Source: a bacterium | GTDB taxonomy: Bacteria > Pseudomonadota > Alphaproteobacteria > Rhizobiales > JAKIUO01 | Direction: 5' to 3' | Length of the DNA stretch: 64,000 nucleotides | Assembly: GCA_024228495.1 (NCBI GenBank) | Contig: JAAETJ010000576.1 | Location: 1,658-65,657 of the forward strand | Part shown: positions 46,589-56,167 of the stretch, one piece after another | How positions within the stretch are numbered: position 1 is the stretch's first letter | How the letters are laid out: every line of letters begins with the position of its first letter | Position numbers and translations under genes: made by a program | Notes under the pieces: generated by a model | Database searches by the model: none | Seen by the model: the letters and a program-made list of their open reading frames with translations, nothing else | Told to the model about the DNA's origin: nothing

Positions 46589-47068
46589 ATGTCAATCGAT
46601 AAAGTCCCGATGACACCAGCAGGGCATGCGGCGCTTGAAAAAGAAGCCAAACACTTGAAGTCCGTCGAACGTCCACGGATCATCAAGGCGATTGCCGAAG
46701 CGCGCGCTCATGGTGATTTGTCGGAAAATGCCGAATACCACGCTGCCAAGGAGCAGCAAGGCATGGTCGAAGCCAGGGTGAAAGAGCTGGAGAGTACTCT
46801 ATCGCGTGCTGAAATAATTGATATCTCCTCGATGGATAGCGACAGAATCAAATTTGGGGCGACCGTGACGGTTGTAGATGAGGATACGGATGAAGAGATC
46901 AGCTATCAGCTCGTTGGCGATTATGAATCAGATGCCAGTAATGGAAAAATATCAGTCAGTTCACCGGTTGCACGCGCCTTGATGGGCAAGGAAGTCGGCG
47001 ATTCGACGGAAGTCGCAACGCCAGGTGGCGGACGCTATTTCGAGATTTTGAAAATCAAATATATTTAA
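46589..47068 (+). CDS. greA: Transcription elongation factor GreA
   Basis: ORF 46562..47068; the ATG at 46589 follows a [29 protein letters not shown] motif. Confidence 0.92.
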   Translation: MSIDKVPMTPAGHAALEKEAKHLKSVERPRIIKAIAEARAHGDLSENAEYHAAKEQQGMVEARVKELESTLSRAEIIDISSMDSDRIKFGATVTVVDEDTDEEISYQLVGDYESDASNGKISVSSPVARALMGKEVGDSTEVATPGGGRYFEILKIKYI

Positions 47069-47118
47069 AGCACTCTGATCAACACGGTGTGTCAGTTACA
47101 AAATTGAACGACAAGACA

Positions 47119-47165
47119 AGACGGCTGCACAGCGATTATTCGTTGTGCAGCCGTCTCTTTGTTCG
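47119..47165. terminator. Bidirectional intrinsic terminator between the convergent greA and rpmE genes
   Basis: 12-13-bp stem AGACGGCTGCACA / TGTGCAGCCGTCT, followed by CTTTGTTCGTTT on the + strand and by TGTCTTGT on the - strand. Confidence 0.7.
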
Positions 47166-47177
47166 TTTATAGGGCTT

Positions 47178-47399
47178 CTAGCCAAGAAATCCGTCATATT
47201 TGGCCTTAAAGCGAGATAGACGACCACCACGGTCGGTCAAATGCTGTCCACCACCGGTCCAGGCCGGATGCGTATTGGTATCAATATCGAGCTTTAGTTC
47301 TTCATTTTCCTTGCCATAGGTCGAATATGTCTCAAATGTTGAGCCATCGGTCATGACAACGGTGATTTTGTGGTATTCTGGGTGTAGTTCTTTTTTCAT
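47178..47399 (-). CDS. rpmE: 50S ribosomal protein L31
   Basis: 73 aa: [27 protein letters not shown]...HPAWTGG...RFKAKY. Confidence 0.92.
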   Translation of the reverse strand: MKKELHPEYHKITVVMTDGSTFETYSTYGKENEELKLDIDTNTHPAWTGGGQHLTDRGGRLSRFKAKYDGFLG

Positions 47400-47529
47400 G
47401 TGCCTTCATCCTGCAAGGATCTGGAGGCATTTGGCACAAAGCGCAAATACCAGACATTGGAATGTCAAGCGGGTCTTATATCCTATTCGAAGAAGACAGA
47501 CAAGTCTTAAAACCTCAAATAATTGACTG

Positions 47530-48020
47530 TTGAAGATGTGCTATGTTTGGGCGGGGAACCATCGGGAAAGCGATCGTCGAATAATCAGGTTTTTATGCCT
47601 GCATCCATCCAGGTCCTTTTCCGGGTGTTCCCAATCGTTTGATGAGTTGAAGGGACTCAACGCCCACAGACAATTACAAATCGGGGACACGAACTATTAT
47701 GACAAAACGTGCCAGACAAGATAATTATTTCCACATCGGTATAGCAAAGCTGTCGACCATTATTTGATAGCAGGATATCAATGCGGCTGTTTTTTCCATG
47801 CGGCGCTTCACGTTTCATTTTTTCATATCCCACCAGTTCATGAACCTGTCCGGATTCTATGGCCTCAAACGCTAGTTTATTGGGGTGCATGGTATTGATG
47901 CCGACAAGTATCTTCTTGCCGTGAATGTCGATTTCCGCAAGTCCCCAGCTATAGGAGAGTTTGCGTTTCGGGGTATCGCTTTACGAGTGTTGCGAGGATC
48001 AAAGGTTCTTTGAAGTTCAT
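47530..48020 (-). pseudogene. sfsA: Decayed sfsA (sugar fermentation stimulation protein A homologue)
   Basis: The ATG at 48020 overlaps the aminotransferase stop (ATGA) and encodes MNFKEPLILATLVKRY (SfsA N-terminus), which then hits a stop. Another frame reads SDTPKRKLSYSWGLAEIDIHGKKILVGINTMHPNKLAFEAIESGQVHELVGYEKMKREAPHGKNSRIDILL...CYTDVE. The C-terminal half is unrecognisable or deleted. Confidence 0.6.
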
Positions 48021-49237
48021 CGGTTTTTGATCCAGGGTTTCAGGCGCTTGATGGCTTCTTGCATATCGTCCAGCGAGCGCGCATAGGAAAAACGTAAAAA
48101 ATACTTTCCCCGGATGGCGTCAAAATCCTGCCCCGGTGTGATGGCGACGCCGGTCTCGTCGAGGATCGTGCGGGCAAAGCTCAGGCTGTCATCGGTGAGG
48201 TCACTGATATCGACATATAGGTAAAAGGCCCCGTCAGCTGGCAGTATTTTCCCAAAACCTGCACCAGGAAGCTCGTTCAACAGATAATCGCGATTTATCT
48301 GATAGGCGTTTTTGTAGGATTCCAGCTCGTCAATACAATCAAATGCCTTGATGGCGGCGAGTTGCGATAAGGTCGGGGCATTGATGTAAAGGTTTTGCTG
48401 TAGCCGCTCAATCGGCCTGACAAGATGATCGGGCACGATCATCCAGCCGATCCGCCATCCTGTCATCGAAAAATATTTCGAAAAACTGTTGATGATGATG
48501 GTGTCTTGATTATAGGTAAGCGCCGTTGGGGCTGGCGCGCCATAGGTTAGACCATGGTAGATTTCATCTGAAATAAAACTGATATTGTTGCTGGCGCAAT
48601 GAGTGGTAAGTTTTTGCAAGGAGGGGGCATCCAGCATCGCACCAGTAGGATTGGCGGGAGACGCCAATAACAGCCCCTCAAGGCTGCCGTGCTTTGAAGT
48701 CAGGTCCGCTAACTGAGAGCTGGTTGGGAACCAGCGCGATAGTTCATTTGTTTCGATAAATATGGGCTGAATATCAAGGGCGCGCAAAATGTGCGGGTAA
48801 CAGGGATAGCCCGGCACCGGCAGGGCAACTTTAGCTCCCTTGTCAAAAAGTGCAAGAAAAGCCAACACAAAGCCCGCTGAACTGCCCGTCGTGACGATTA
48901 TACGTTCAGCCGGGACGTCTAGATTGTAGCGGTTTTGATAATGCTGCGATATACGCCCTCGCAGCTCTGGCAGGCCTTTGGCATCTGTATATCCAAGGCG
49001 ATCAGCATCAAGAGCACGATGGGCTGCGGCAATCACTTTAGAGGGGGCATTGGTCGAGGGTTGGCCTACCTCCATGTGAATAATATGCTCGCCCGCAGCC
49101 TCTTTTCCATTGGCTGCTCTCATCATGTCCATGACGATAAAGGGAGGAATATGGGAGCGGCTGGCGATTCTGGGCTTTGATCTCACGTCAATTGTCCTGT
49201 CGCATCGTAAATCATCGAGGTAAGCAATTTGATTCAT
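48017..49237 (-). CDS. Class I/II PLP-dependent aminotransferase (aspartate/aromatic type)
   Basis: 406 aa. PLP-lysine motif NSFSKYFSMTGWRIGW; ...GYTDAKGLPELR... Confidence 0.85.
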   Translation of the reverse strand: MNQIAYLDDLRCDRTIDVRSKPRIASRSHIPPFIVMDMMRAANGKEAAGEHIIHMEVGQPSTNAPSKVIAAAHRALDADRLGYTDAKGLPELRGRISQHYQNRYNLDVPAERIIVTTGSSAGFVLAFLALFDKGAKVALPVPGYPCYPHILRALDIQPIFIETNELSRWFPTSSQLADLTSKHGSLEGLLLASPANPTGAMLDAPSLQKLTTHCASNNISFISDEIYHGLTYGAPAPTALTYNQDTIIINSFSKYFSMTGWRIGWMIVPDHLVRPIERLQQNLYINAPTLSQLAAIKAFDCIDELESYKNAYQINRDYLLNELPGAGFGKILPADGAFYLYVDISDLTDDSLSFARTILDETGVAITPGQDFDAIRGKYFLRFSYARSLDDMQEAIKRLKPWIKNR

Positions 49238-49490
49238 ATCAGATATTGAGGATCAATTGCGGGCGAAAAGTCTTGATATTGCCCTATTGGGCAGGTCTGA
49301 TCGGTTGAAACAATCAATATCAGCAACAATTGCGGTTTTACTTGGTTGACCTTTGTCTGGTTGAACCATAAATCTGTTGCAGAGGTAAAGAGTGTTTGGG
49401 AATAGGGGGTGTTTTGCTACGATGATCCCTTGCCACCCGGTGGTATTTTAAAGCAACCAGAACGAAACGACAAAAGGTGTTGGACTGTTA

Positions 49491-50867
49491 ATGCGCTTTT
49501 TTCTAGATAAGCTGAAATTGCACAAGCTGCTGGTTTCTGCATTGGCCGCCACAGTGGTTATGGTCTCGGTTTTTACAAATGCGGCGCAGGCTCGCGGTCT
49601 AATACGCGATACTGAAACCGAGAATTTGATTCGAGAATACGCGCGGCCGATTTTTAAAGCTGCGGGACTGTTTGGTCAAAATATCAAGATCCATATTGTC
49701 TCCGACCGGGCTTTTAATGCTTTTGTGGTCGATGGTCAGAACATGTTCATCCATATAGGTGCCATCACCAACTCCAAGACCCCTAATCAGCTGATAGGTG
49801 TAATCGCTCATGAAACGGGTCACATCACCGGTGGTCATCTCGCCAGATTTCGCTCACAGCTTAAAAAGGCCCAGTCGGCAAGTCTGATGCTACAAATATT
49901 GAGCATTGCCGCGATGGTTGGCGGGGCTGCGGCTGGGAGCGAATTTGGCCAGGCCGGTGGGGCCGCCTTGATGGGTGGCAATACAATTATTCAGAAAAAC
50001 ATACTGGCCTATCGCCGGGTTGAAGAAAGTGCTGCCGACCGCGCTGCCATGACTTTTTTGAACGGTACACATCAATCGGCTAAGGGCATGTTGAAAACAT
50101 TTGAATTCTTTGCCGATCAGGGGCTGGCGTCCCTGCGACAGGCTGATCCTTACCTGCAAAGCCATCCCATGCCCCGCCAACGCCTGGCACAATTGCGGGA
50201 CATTGCCCGTCGCAGTCCTTATTTTAATGTGCTTGACCGCCCGTCACTGCAAAGACGTCACGAAATGGTGAAGGCCAAACTTATTGGTTTTCTTGAAAAT
50301 CCAGCTATTGTGTTCAATCTGTACAACAGGCGCAATACGAGCCTGCCCGCGCGTTATGCAAGAGCAATTGCCTCTTATCGTCGTGGGGGCCTCAAATCGT
50401 TTTTGCCTAAAATTAATGCGTTGATATCAGAGCATTCAGACAATCCCTTTTTTCATGAGATCAAGGGGCAGTTCTTATTCGAGGGAGGACGGCCGACAAC
50501 GGCAATCAAACCTTTGCGCAAAGCCGTTAGTCTCGCACCAGACGCCCCCTTGATCCGTGTCTTGTTGGCGCAGGCATTGTTGGCAAGCAATGATGATTTG
50601 CTTGTCGATGAGGCGATTCGTCATCTTCGCAAGGGGTTGGGACGAGAAGATAAATATGCGCTCGGATATCGGCAATTGGCGAACGCTTACGCTAGAAAAA
50701 GGAAAATATCGAGAGCAGAGATTGCATCTGCACAAGCCTATTTTTACGAGGGACGGCTAAAACTTGCGAAACAGCAGGCCAAGAGGGCGAAAAAGAAATT
50801 GAAAAATGGCAGTGCCCAGTGGTTGATCGCGGATGATATTCTGAGATTTCAACAACCTAAACGATAA
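49491..50867 (+). CDS. M48-family Zn metalloprotease with a TPR-like C-terminal domain
   Basis: 458 aa with a signal peptide, HExxH (IAHETGHITGGH) and a helical-repeat C-terminus. Confidence 0.85.
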   Translation: MRFFLDKLKLHKLLVSALAATVVMVSVFTNAAQARGLIRDTETENLIREYARPIFKAAGLFGQNIKIHIVSDRAFNAFVVDGQNMFIHIGAITNSKTPNQLIGVIAHETGHITGGHLARFRSQLKKAQSASLMLQILSIAAMVGGAAAGSEFGQAGGAALMGGNTIIQKNILAYRRVEESAADRAAMTFLNGTHQSAKGMLKTFEFFADQGLASLRQADPYLQSHPMPRQRLAQLRDIARRSPYFNVLDRPSLQRRHEMVKAKLIGFLENPAIVFNLYNRRNTSLPARYARAIASYRRGGLKSFLPKINALISEHSDNPFFHEIKGQFLFEGGRPTTAIKPLRKAVSLAPDAPLIRVLLAQALLASNDDLLVDEAIRHLRKGLGREDKYALGYRQLANAYARKRKISRAEIASAQAYFYEGRLKLAKQQAKRAKKKLKNGSAQWLIADDILRFQQPKR

Positions 50868-50994
50868 ATGCGGTATTGGTATTTTGTTGGTCTGATTTGA
50901 GGCAGGTTGCATAGAATATATATGGAATACATATTAATTTATTGAAGCGTCAGAATGAAACTGTTGCTTTAAGTATGATGAGGAGTGAAAGAAC

Positions 50995-51849
50995 ATGGGA
51001 ATGAGATTGTTGACGAGGTTTCTGGCAATCGGCCTTGCGGGGTTGTTGCTGGCATCTTGCGCCGAAGAGCAAAGCTCTAATGAGAGCAAAGCTAAACCTG
51101 ACGCCGGTGCCAAGATAGAAAGGGTTGCCAAAGCGGTTGCCAATAAAAAGACATCCCAGAAAGGCTTTTCCCGTGAGCAGGAAGAAGCCATTGCCAGGAT
51201 CGTCCGCCAAACATTGGTTTCAAGGCCCGAAATCATCCAGGAAGCGATTGTGGCCCTGCAGCAAAAAGAAAAAGCACAAGAAGCAAAGCGGAAAATTTCA
51301 GCGCTCTCTGACAATGCCGAGACTTTATACCGTTCAAAATTTGATCCAGTCGCAGGCAATCCCGACGGAGATGTCACAGTGGTCGAGTTTTTCGATTATA
51401 ATTGTCCCTATTGCCGTAAGGGTTTCAAAACACTTGAGAAGGTAGTGAAGCAGGACAAAAATATTCGTGTGGTGTTCAAGGAATTTCCGATTTTCGGCAA
51501 TGCATCTTTGACAGCAGCGCGTGCGGCTCTGGCCTCCAAGGAGCAGGGTAAATATTACGTATATCACAAAGCTTTGCTTGAAGCGGACGGGCGCCTTACG
51601 GATAGCTCTGTGTTTACGATTGCCCGGCAGGTTGGCCTTGATATTGATCGCTTGAGAAAAGACATGGAAAGCCCAGAGGTCGCCCAATCTATTGGCGAAA
51701 CAAAAGATCTGGCCAATCGGCTCGGGATCACCGGGACACCAGCTTATTATGTTGGTGATAAATTCATCGGCGGAGTGCCACCAAATCTAAGTGAAGTGAT
51801 GAAAAGGCACGCATCAGATATCCGTAAGAATGGCTGTAAAATCTGCTAG
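50995..51849 (+). CDS. DsbA-family thiol:disulfide oxidoreductase lipoprotein
   Basis: 284 aa with lipobox LLLASC and thioredoxin motif FFDYNCPYCRK. Confidence 0.85.
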   Translation: MGMRLLTRFLAIGLAGLLLASCAEEQSSNESKAKPDAGAKIERVAKAVANKKTSQKGFSREQEEAIARIVRQTLVSRPEIIQEAIVALQQKEKAQEAKRKISALSDNAETLYRSKFDPVAGNPDGDVTVVEFFDYNCPYCRKGFKTLEKVVKQDKNIRVVFKEFPIFGNASLTAARAALASKEQGKYYVYHKALLEADGRLTDSSVFTIARQVGLDIDRLRKDMESPEVAQSIGETKDLANRLGITGTPAYYVGDKFIGGVPPNLSEVMKRHASDIRKNGCKIC

Positions 51850-51930
51850 AATCACTTATTGGAAACTCAGAATGTTGAGTGGCAGGGCACTATTGTTCGG
51901 CCACTCAAGTTTTAATGATGAGGCTTGTTG

Positions 51931-52332
51931 ATGAGAATTTCTGTGAAAAACTTTTGGCGTTTATTTGTGATTGGCTGGCTATTTCTGATCGGGTTTGGAT
52001 TGACATTTACACAGGTGTCTGCTGAAAAAATCAATAATAATATCGCGGTTTTTGCGGCTCTCGATAAAGTTTCCGCGCGCATTTCTCATTTGGAAGTGCC
52101 ACTCAATACCACTGTGGAATTTGGGGCTTTATTGATCACTCCAAGAGCCTGCCATACACGCCCTCCAACGGAAACGCCTCACACAACCGCCTTCGTCGAA
52201 GTGCAAGAGGTGCAACTGAACCAGGCCAAAGCGCCTTTGTTTATGGGCTGGATGTTTGCTGAAAGCCCCGGTATTCATGGCGTTGAGCATCCTGTGTTTG
52301 ATGTCTGGCTGACTAGCTGCAAAACCTTGTGA
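51931..52332 (+). CDS. DUF2155-family periplasmic protein
   Basis: ORF 51925..52332; ATG at 51931. Signal peptide, then AALDKVSARISHLEVPLNTTVEFGALLITPRACHTRPPTE, typical of DUF2155. Confidence 0.7.
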   Translation: MRISVKNFWRLFVIGWLFLIGFGLTFTQVSAEKINNNIAVFAALDKVSARISHLEVPLNTTVEFGALLITPRACHTRPPTETPHTTAFVEVQEVQLNQAKAPLFMGWMFAESPGIHGVEHPVFDVWLTSCKTL

Positions 52333-52889
52333 GTTGATAGCTGCATTGGTTCTTGCAAAAAGTCCGCGGGTTTTGCCAGCGCATCTATCAGTTTTTTGCG
52401 ATACACTTTTTGTTCAATTTCTATGCCGCCAAGGCTGCGCAAGTGATTGGTCAAAAACTGGGTATCCAGAAGCGAAAAGCCGCAATGATTCATGCGTGCG
52501 ACAAGATTTGCCAAGGCAACCTTGCTGGCATCCCGCTCAAATGAGAACATGCTTTCGCCGAAAAATGCGCCGCCAATGTGAACACCATAAAGCCCGCCCA
52601 CCAACTTGCCATCCCTCCAGGTTTCAATGGTATGGCATTGGCCCTGATCAAAAAGTTCGCCATATAATTTGCGAATGGGCTTGTTGATCCAGGTACTGAT
52701 ACGCCCGGCTTTAGACGAGCTGCAGCCTCCAATCACACCCTCAAAATCACAATTGACGCGGATTTCAAAATTTTCTTTTAGAATGAGCCGCTTGAGACTT
52801 TTGGAGAGATGAAAGCCATTCAGCGGAATTATCCCACGCTCTGTTGGCTCGATCCAGAACAGTGTCTCGTCATCGGCATCCTCACCCAT
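52275..52889 (-). CDS. aat: Leucyl/phenylalanyl-tRNA--protein transferase
   Basis: 204 aa. GGLYGVHIGGAFFGESMFS and LLDTQFLTNHLRSLGG motifs. The start is uncertain (see findings). Confidence 0.85.
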   Translation of the reverse strand: MGEDADDETLFWIEPTERGIIPLNGFHLSKSLKRLILKENFEIRVNCDFEGVIGGCSSSKAGRISTWINKPIRKLYGELFDQGQCHTIETWRDGKLVGGLYGVHIGGAFFGESMFSFERDASKVALANLVARMNHCGFSLLDTQFLTNHLRSLGGIEIEQKVYRKKLIDALAKPADFLQEPMQLSTHKVLQLVSQTSNTGCSTP

Positions 52890-53012
52890 GGGAAAAGTGC
52901 CGTTCGAGTAGGCGTCGAGGAGAATATCCGTCGTTAATTCGCCGATTTCAGCACAAGTATAGATTGGAAGCTCCCTGATCTGTCGATTGTTACTGTTACG
53001 TAAATCTTGAGA

Positions 53013-54353
53013 CTAGAGCTTTTCGAGGTATTTTTCCAGCCAATGAATATCATATAGGCCATTGATGATATCTTGCTCATTGATGAGGGTTGAGAACAGT
53101 GGAATGGTGGTTTCAATGCCATCAATGACAATTTCGTCCAATGAGCGCTTCAGTCTCATCATACATTCATTGCGGTTTTTACCGTGCACAATCAGCTTGC
53201 CGATCAGACTGTCATAATAAGCAGGGATGGTATAACCGGCGTAAACACCAGAATCGACGCGTACCCCAAGCCCGCCAGGAGGATGGAAATAGGAGATCGT
53301 TCCAGGGGAGGGCATAAAGGTTGAGGGGTTTTCTGCTGTGATCCGACATTCAATAGAGTGCCCGCTCAAACGCACGTCTTCTTGTGAGAGACTCAACGGC
53401 GCACCAGAGGCGATACGGATCTGCTCGATAACAATATCAACACCTGTGATCATCTCTGTGACAGGATGCTCGACCTGCAACCGAGTGTTCATTTCGATAA
53501 AATAGAAATCGCCATCTTCATAGAGAAACTCGACCGTGCCGACGCCTTCATATTGAAGCTCGGCGATCGCATTGGCAACGATCATGCCGATCTCTTCGCG
53601 TTGATCAGTATTGAGAGCGGGTGAGGGGGCTTCTTCCCATACTTTTTGATGGCGGCGTTGCAGCGAGCAATCACGTTCGCCAAGATGTATGGCATTCCCT
53701 TTACCATCACCAATAACTTGCACCTCGATATGACGGGGTGTTCCAAGATATTTTTCCAGATACATGGTGTCATCACCAAAGGCAGCTTTTGACTCGGCCC
53801 TGGCGGTTGCTAAAGACATGGAAAGCTGATCTTCTGATGTGGCGACCTTCATACCGCGACCCCCGCCGCCAGCTGAAGCCTTGATGATCACTGGATATCC
53901 AATTTCCTTGGCGACTTTCATGGCTTGTTTGTCGCTTGTCACGCCTCCTTGAGAGCCGGGTACAACCGGGATGCCAAGTCGTTTGGCCGTTTTTTTTGCT
54001 TCGATCTTGTCTCCCATCAGGCGGATATGTTCGGCGCTAGGGCCAATAAATGTAATTCCGTGCTCATGTAAAATATCGGCGAATCGGGCATTTTCAGATA
54101 GAAACCCGTAGCCAGGATGCAAGGCATCAGCGCCAGAAATTTCGCAAGCTGCCAGCAGTGCGGGGATTTTCAGGTAGCTTTCGGTAGCTGATGGCGGGCC
54201 AATGCAAACGCTTTCATCGGCTAACTTGACATGCATGGCATCGGCGTCAGCCGTGGAGTGAACGGCAACCGTTGCAATGCCCAGTTCTTTGCATGCGCGT
54301 AGAATGCGAAGGGCGATTTCACCGCGATTGGCAATTAGTACCTTGTCAAACAT
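53013..54353 (-). CDS. accC: Acetyl-CoA carboxylase biotin carboxylase subunit
   Basis: ORF 53013..54386 (TTG start). The ATG at 54353 ([26 protein letters not shown]), preceded by AAGGA, is preferred. ATP-grasp fold. Confidence 0.95.
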   Translation of the reverse strand: MFDKVLIANRGEIALRILRACKELGIATVAVHSTADADAMHVKLADESVCIGPPSATESYLKIPALLAACEISGADALHPGYGFLSENARFADILHEHGITFIGPSAEHIRLMGDKIEAKKTAKRLGIPVVPGSQGGVTSDKQAMKVAKEIGYPVIIKASAGGGGRGMKVATSEDQLSMSLATARAESKAAFGDDTMYLEKYLGTPRHIEVQVIGDGKGNAIHLGERDCSLQRRHQKVWEEAPSPALNTDQREEIGMIVANAIAELQYEGVGTVEFLYEDGDFYFIEMNTRLQVEHPVTEMITGVDIVIEQIRIASGAPLSLSQEDVRLSGHSIECRITAENPSTFMPSPGTISYFHPPGGLGVRVDSGVYAGYTIPAYYDSLIGKLIVHGKNRNECMMRLKRSLDEIVIDGIETTIPLFSTLINEQDIINGLYDIHWLEKYLEKL

Positions 54354-54406
54354 GAAGTTTCCTTGGTTACGCCCGGCAAATGACAAGCAGGCTCGTCGCT
54401 TGGTAG

Positions 54407-54919
54407 TTACTCGATGATCAAAAGCGGCTCACCGAATTCAACTGGTTGTTGATCTTCAATCAAGATGCTGGTGATTCTACCGCTGCGCGGCGCGGGAATG
54501 TGGTTCATGGTCTTCATTGCCTCGACAATCATCAAAGTGTGGCCTTCAGAGACCGTTTCACCAACTTTGACAAATGGGTCAGCTCCAGGTTCCGGGGACA
54601 GATAAACCGTACCGACCATTGGAGAAGGAACGGCGCCTGGATGGGTGGCTTCTTCGACAGGCATGGTGTTTGTTGGTGCACTGCTTGTGGCTGCGACGGG
54701 TGCGACACTGATCGCTGGTTGCATCATCCCGGCAGGCGCGGCGTTACGGGCAACGCGGATGCGCAGATCGGGTTGCTCGATCTCGATCTCGCTAAGGCCC
54801 GTTTCGGTCAGTAACTCGGCCAGTTCACGAATTAGTTCGTGATCAAGGCCTTTACCGGATTTGGATGTGCTCGTTTTTGCCATGCCTTGTTTCATGCTCC
54901 CGTTCGTTTGCCTGGTCAT
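54407..54919 (-). CDS. accB: Acetyl-CoA carboxylase biotin carboxyl carrier protein
   Basis: 170-aa ORF with alternative starts at 54895 and 54883. Ala/Pro linker and biotinyl-lysine motif [10 protein letters not shown]. Confidence 0.92.
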   Translation of the reverse strand: MTRQTNGSMKQGMAKTSTSKSGKGLDHELIRELAELLTETGLSEIEIEQPDLRIRVARNAAPAGMMQPAISVAPVAATSSAPTNTMPVEEATHPGAVPSPMVGTVYLSPEPGADPFVKVGETVSEGHTLMIVEAMKTMNHIPAPRSGRITSILIEDQQPVEFGEPLLIIE

Positions 54920-54920
54920 T

Positions 54921-55358
54921 TTATGTTATGCTGTCGTTGAGGGCCAGCAGTGCCAAATCATACCCTTTTGCCCCGAGGCCGCTGATGATTCCAAGCGAAA
55001 CTTTGGAGACATATGAGTGGTGGCGAAAGTCTTCGCGTTTAAAAATATTAGACAGGTGGACTTCTATGCAATCACATTCGACCGCCATCAAGGCATCCAT
55101 CAAGGCAACGGAGGTATGGGTGTAGGCACCGGCATTTAGAATAATCGCGGCCTTTTTCTCACCAGCCTCATGAATCCAGTCGATCAGTTCACCTTCGTGA
55201 TTGCTTTGACGAAAATCTACCTTGACCCCAAGATCCCCGGCGAGCTTCTTCAAGCGAGTTTTTATATCTTCAAGCTTAAAGTCCCCATAGATTTCAGGCT
55301 CCCGGGTGCCCAGAAGGTTTAGATTGGGGCCATTGAGGACAAAAATCTGCTTGTTCAT
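54921..55358 (-). CDS. aroQ: Type II 3-dehydroquinate dehydratase
   Basis: 145 aa: VLNGPNLNLLGTREPEIYG...FRQSNHEGELIDWIH...NAGAYTHTSVA. Confidence 0.93.
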   Translation of the reverse strand: MNKQIFVLNGPNLNLLGTREPEIYGDFKLEDIKTRLKKLAGDLGVKVDFRQSNHEGELIDWIHEAGEKKAAIILNAGAYTHTSVALMDALMAVECDCIEVHLSNIFKREDFRHHSYVSKVSLGIISGLGAKGYDLALLALNDSIT

Positions 55359-55537
55359 GTGAGTATGGATCGGTTCTGCTGAATTTGAGGAAATAAGAGG
55401 TCAATGGTATAATCACCAAAAATCCCTGTTGAAAATACTGACGCTGTTTCTAGCAGTTTTTCACTGCTGACGCAAAGGCATATGGCACAAGTGATGAACG
55501 GATTATTATCTGTCCCTGTAACAATTCTGCCTGTCAC

Positions 55538-55945
55538 TTATTCAGGTCGCCAAGGCTCATAAGTTTTTGGCGCGCTCGATGATTTGGCACCAGCAAGCAG
55601 CGAGCCTTGAGGGCGGTAAGCCTTACCCGTGCCGGTATAGTTTGGAGAATGGCGCTTTTGCCAGTGCCGTGGCTGGTAGTTCTCTTTGTTTGGTAGCTGG
55701 TCAACAGTATAATGCAGCCAGCCATGCCAGTCAGCTGGCACCGTTGATGCTTCAGCTAGACCATTGAACGTGACCCAGCGGCGCGGAATACCAAGTGGAC
55801 CAACCCCTTTGTGCTGGATATAGTAGCTATTACCAAACTCGTCTTCGCCAACCAGTTCCCCCTTGCGGAACGTGAAAAAGCGAGTGCCCCACGTATTACC
55901 GTTCCACCATGTAAAGACTTCGTTGAACAGTCCCATATATGCCAA
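55538..55945 (-). CDS. NDUFA12-family (NADH:ubiquinone oxidoreductase 17.2-kDa-like) protein
   Basis: 135 aa (alternative start 55936): FTWWNGNTWGTRFFTFRKGELVGEDEFGNSYY...RRWV...VPADWHGWLH. Confidence 0.8.
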   Translation of the reverse strand: MAYMGLFNEVFTWWNGNTWGTRFFTFRKGELVGEDEFGNSYYIQHKGVGPLGIPRRWVTFNGLAEASTVPADWHGWLHYTVDQLPNKENYQPRHWQKRHSPNYTGTGKAYRPQGSLLAGAKSSSAPKTYEPWRPE

Positions 55946-56167
55946 TCCTTGTCGATTTAGTGCGAGATTTCACCTCGCTTAGAGCTTTGCACGACTATGG
56001 CAGCATTGATTTCGTGTGTCCAGCCTTCCAGCAAAGCCAAATATGCTGATTTCCGGCATCTTGAGAGGCTGTACGATCTACTGATTTGAATTCTTACAAA
56101 ATAGTGCTAACTTCTCACCTTGTTACGCAAAGTAACGCTATTTAATAATCAGATATGAGGATATAGA

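Noticed and set aside
49238-49490. FNR-like site TTGAGGATCAA in the aminotransferase / M48 protease divergent region
   Set aside because: The half-sites are separated by 1 nt instead of 4, so it does not fit the TTGAT-N4-ATCAA geometry.
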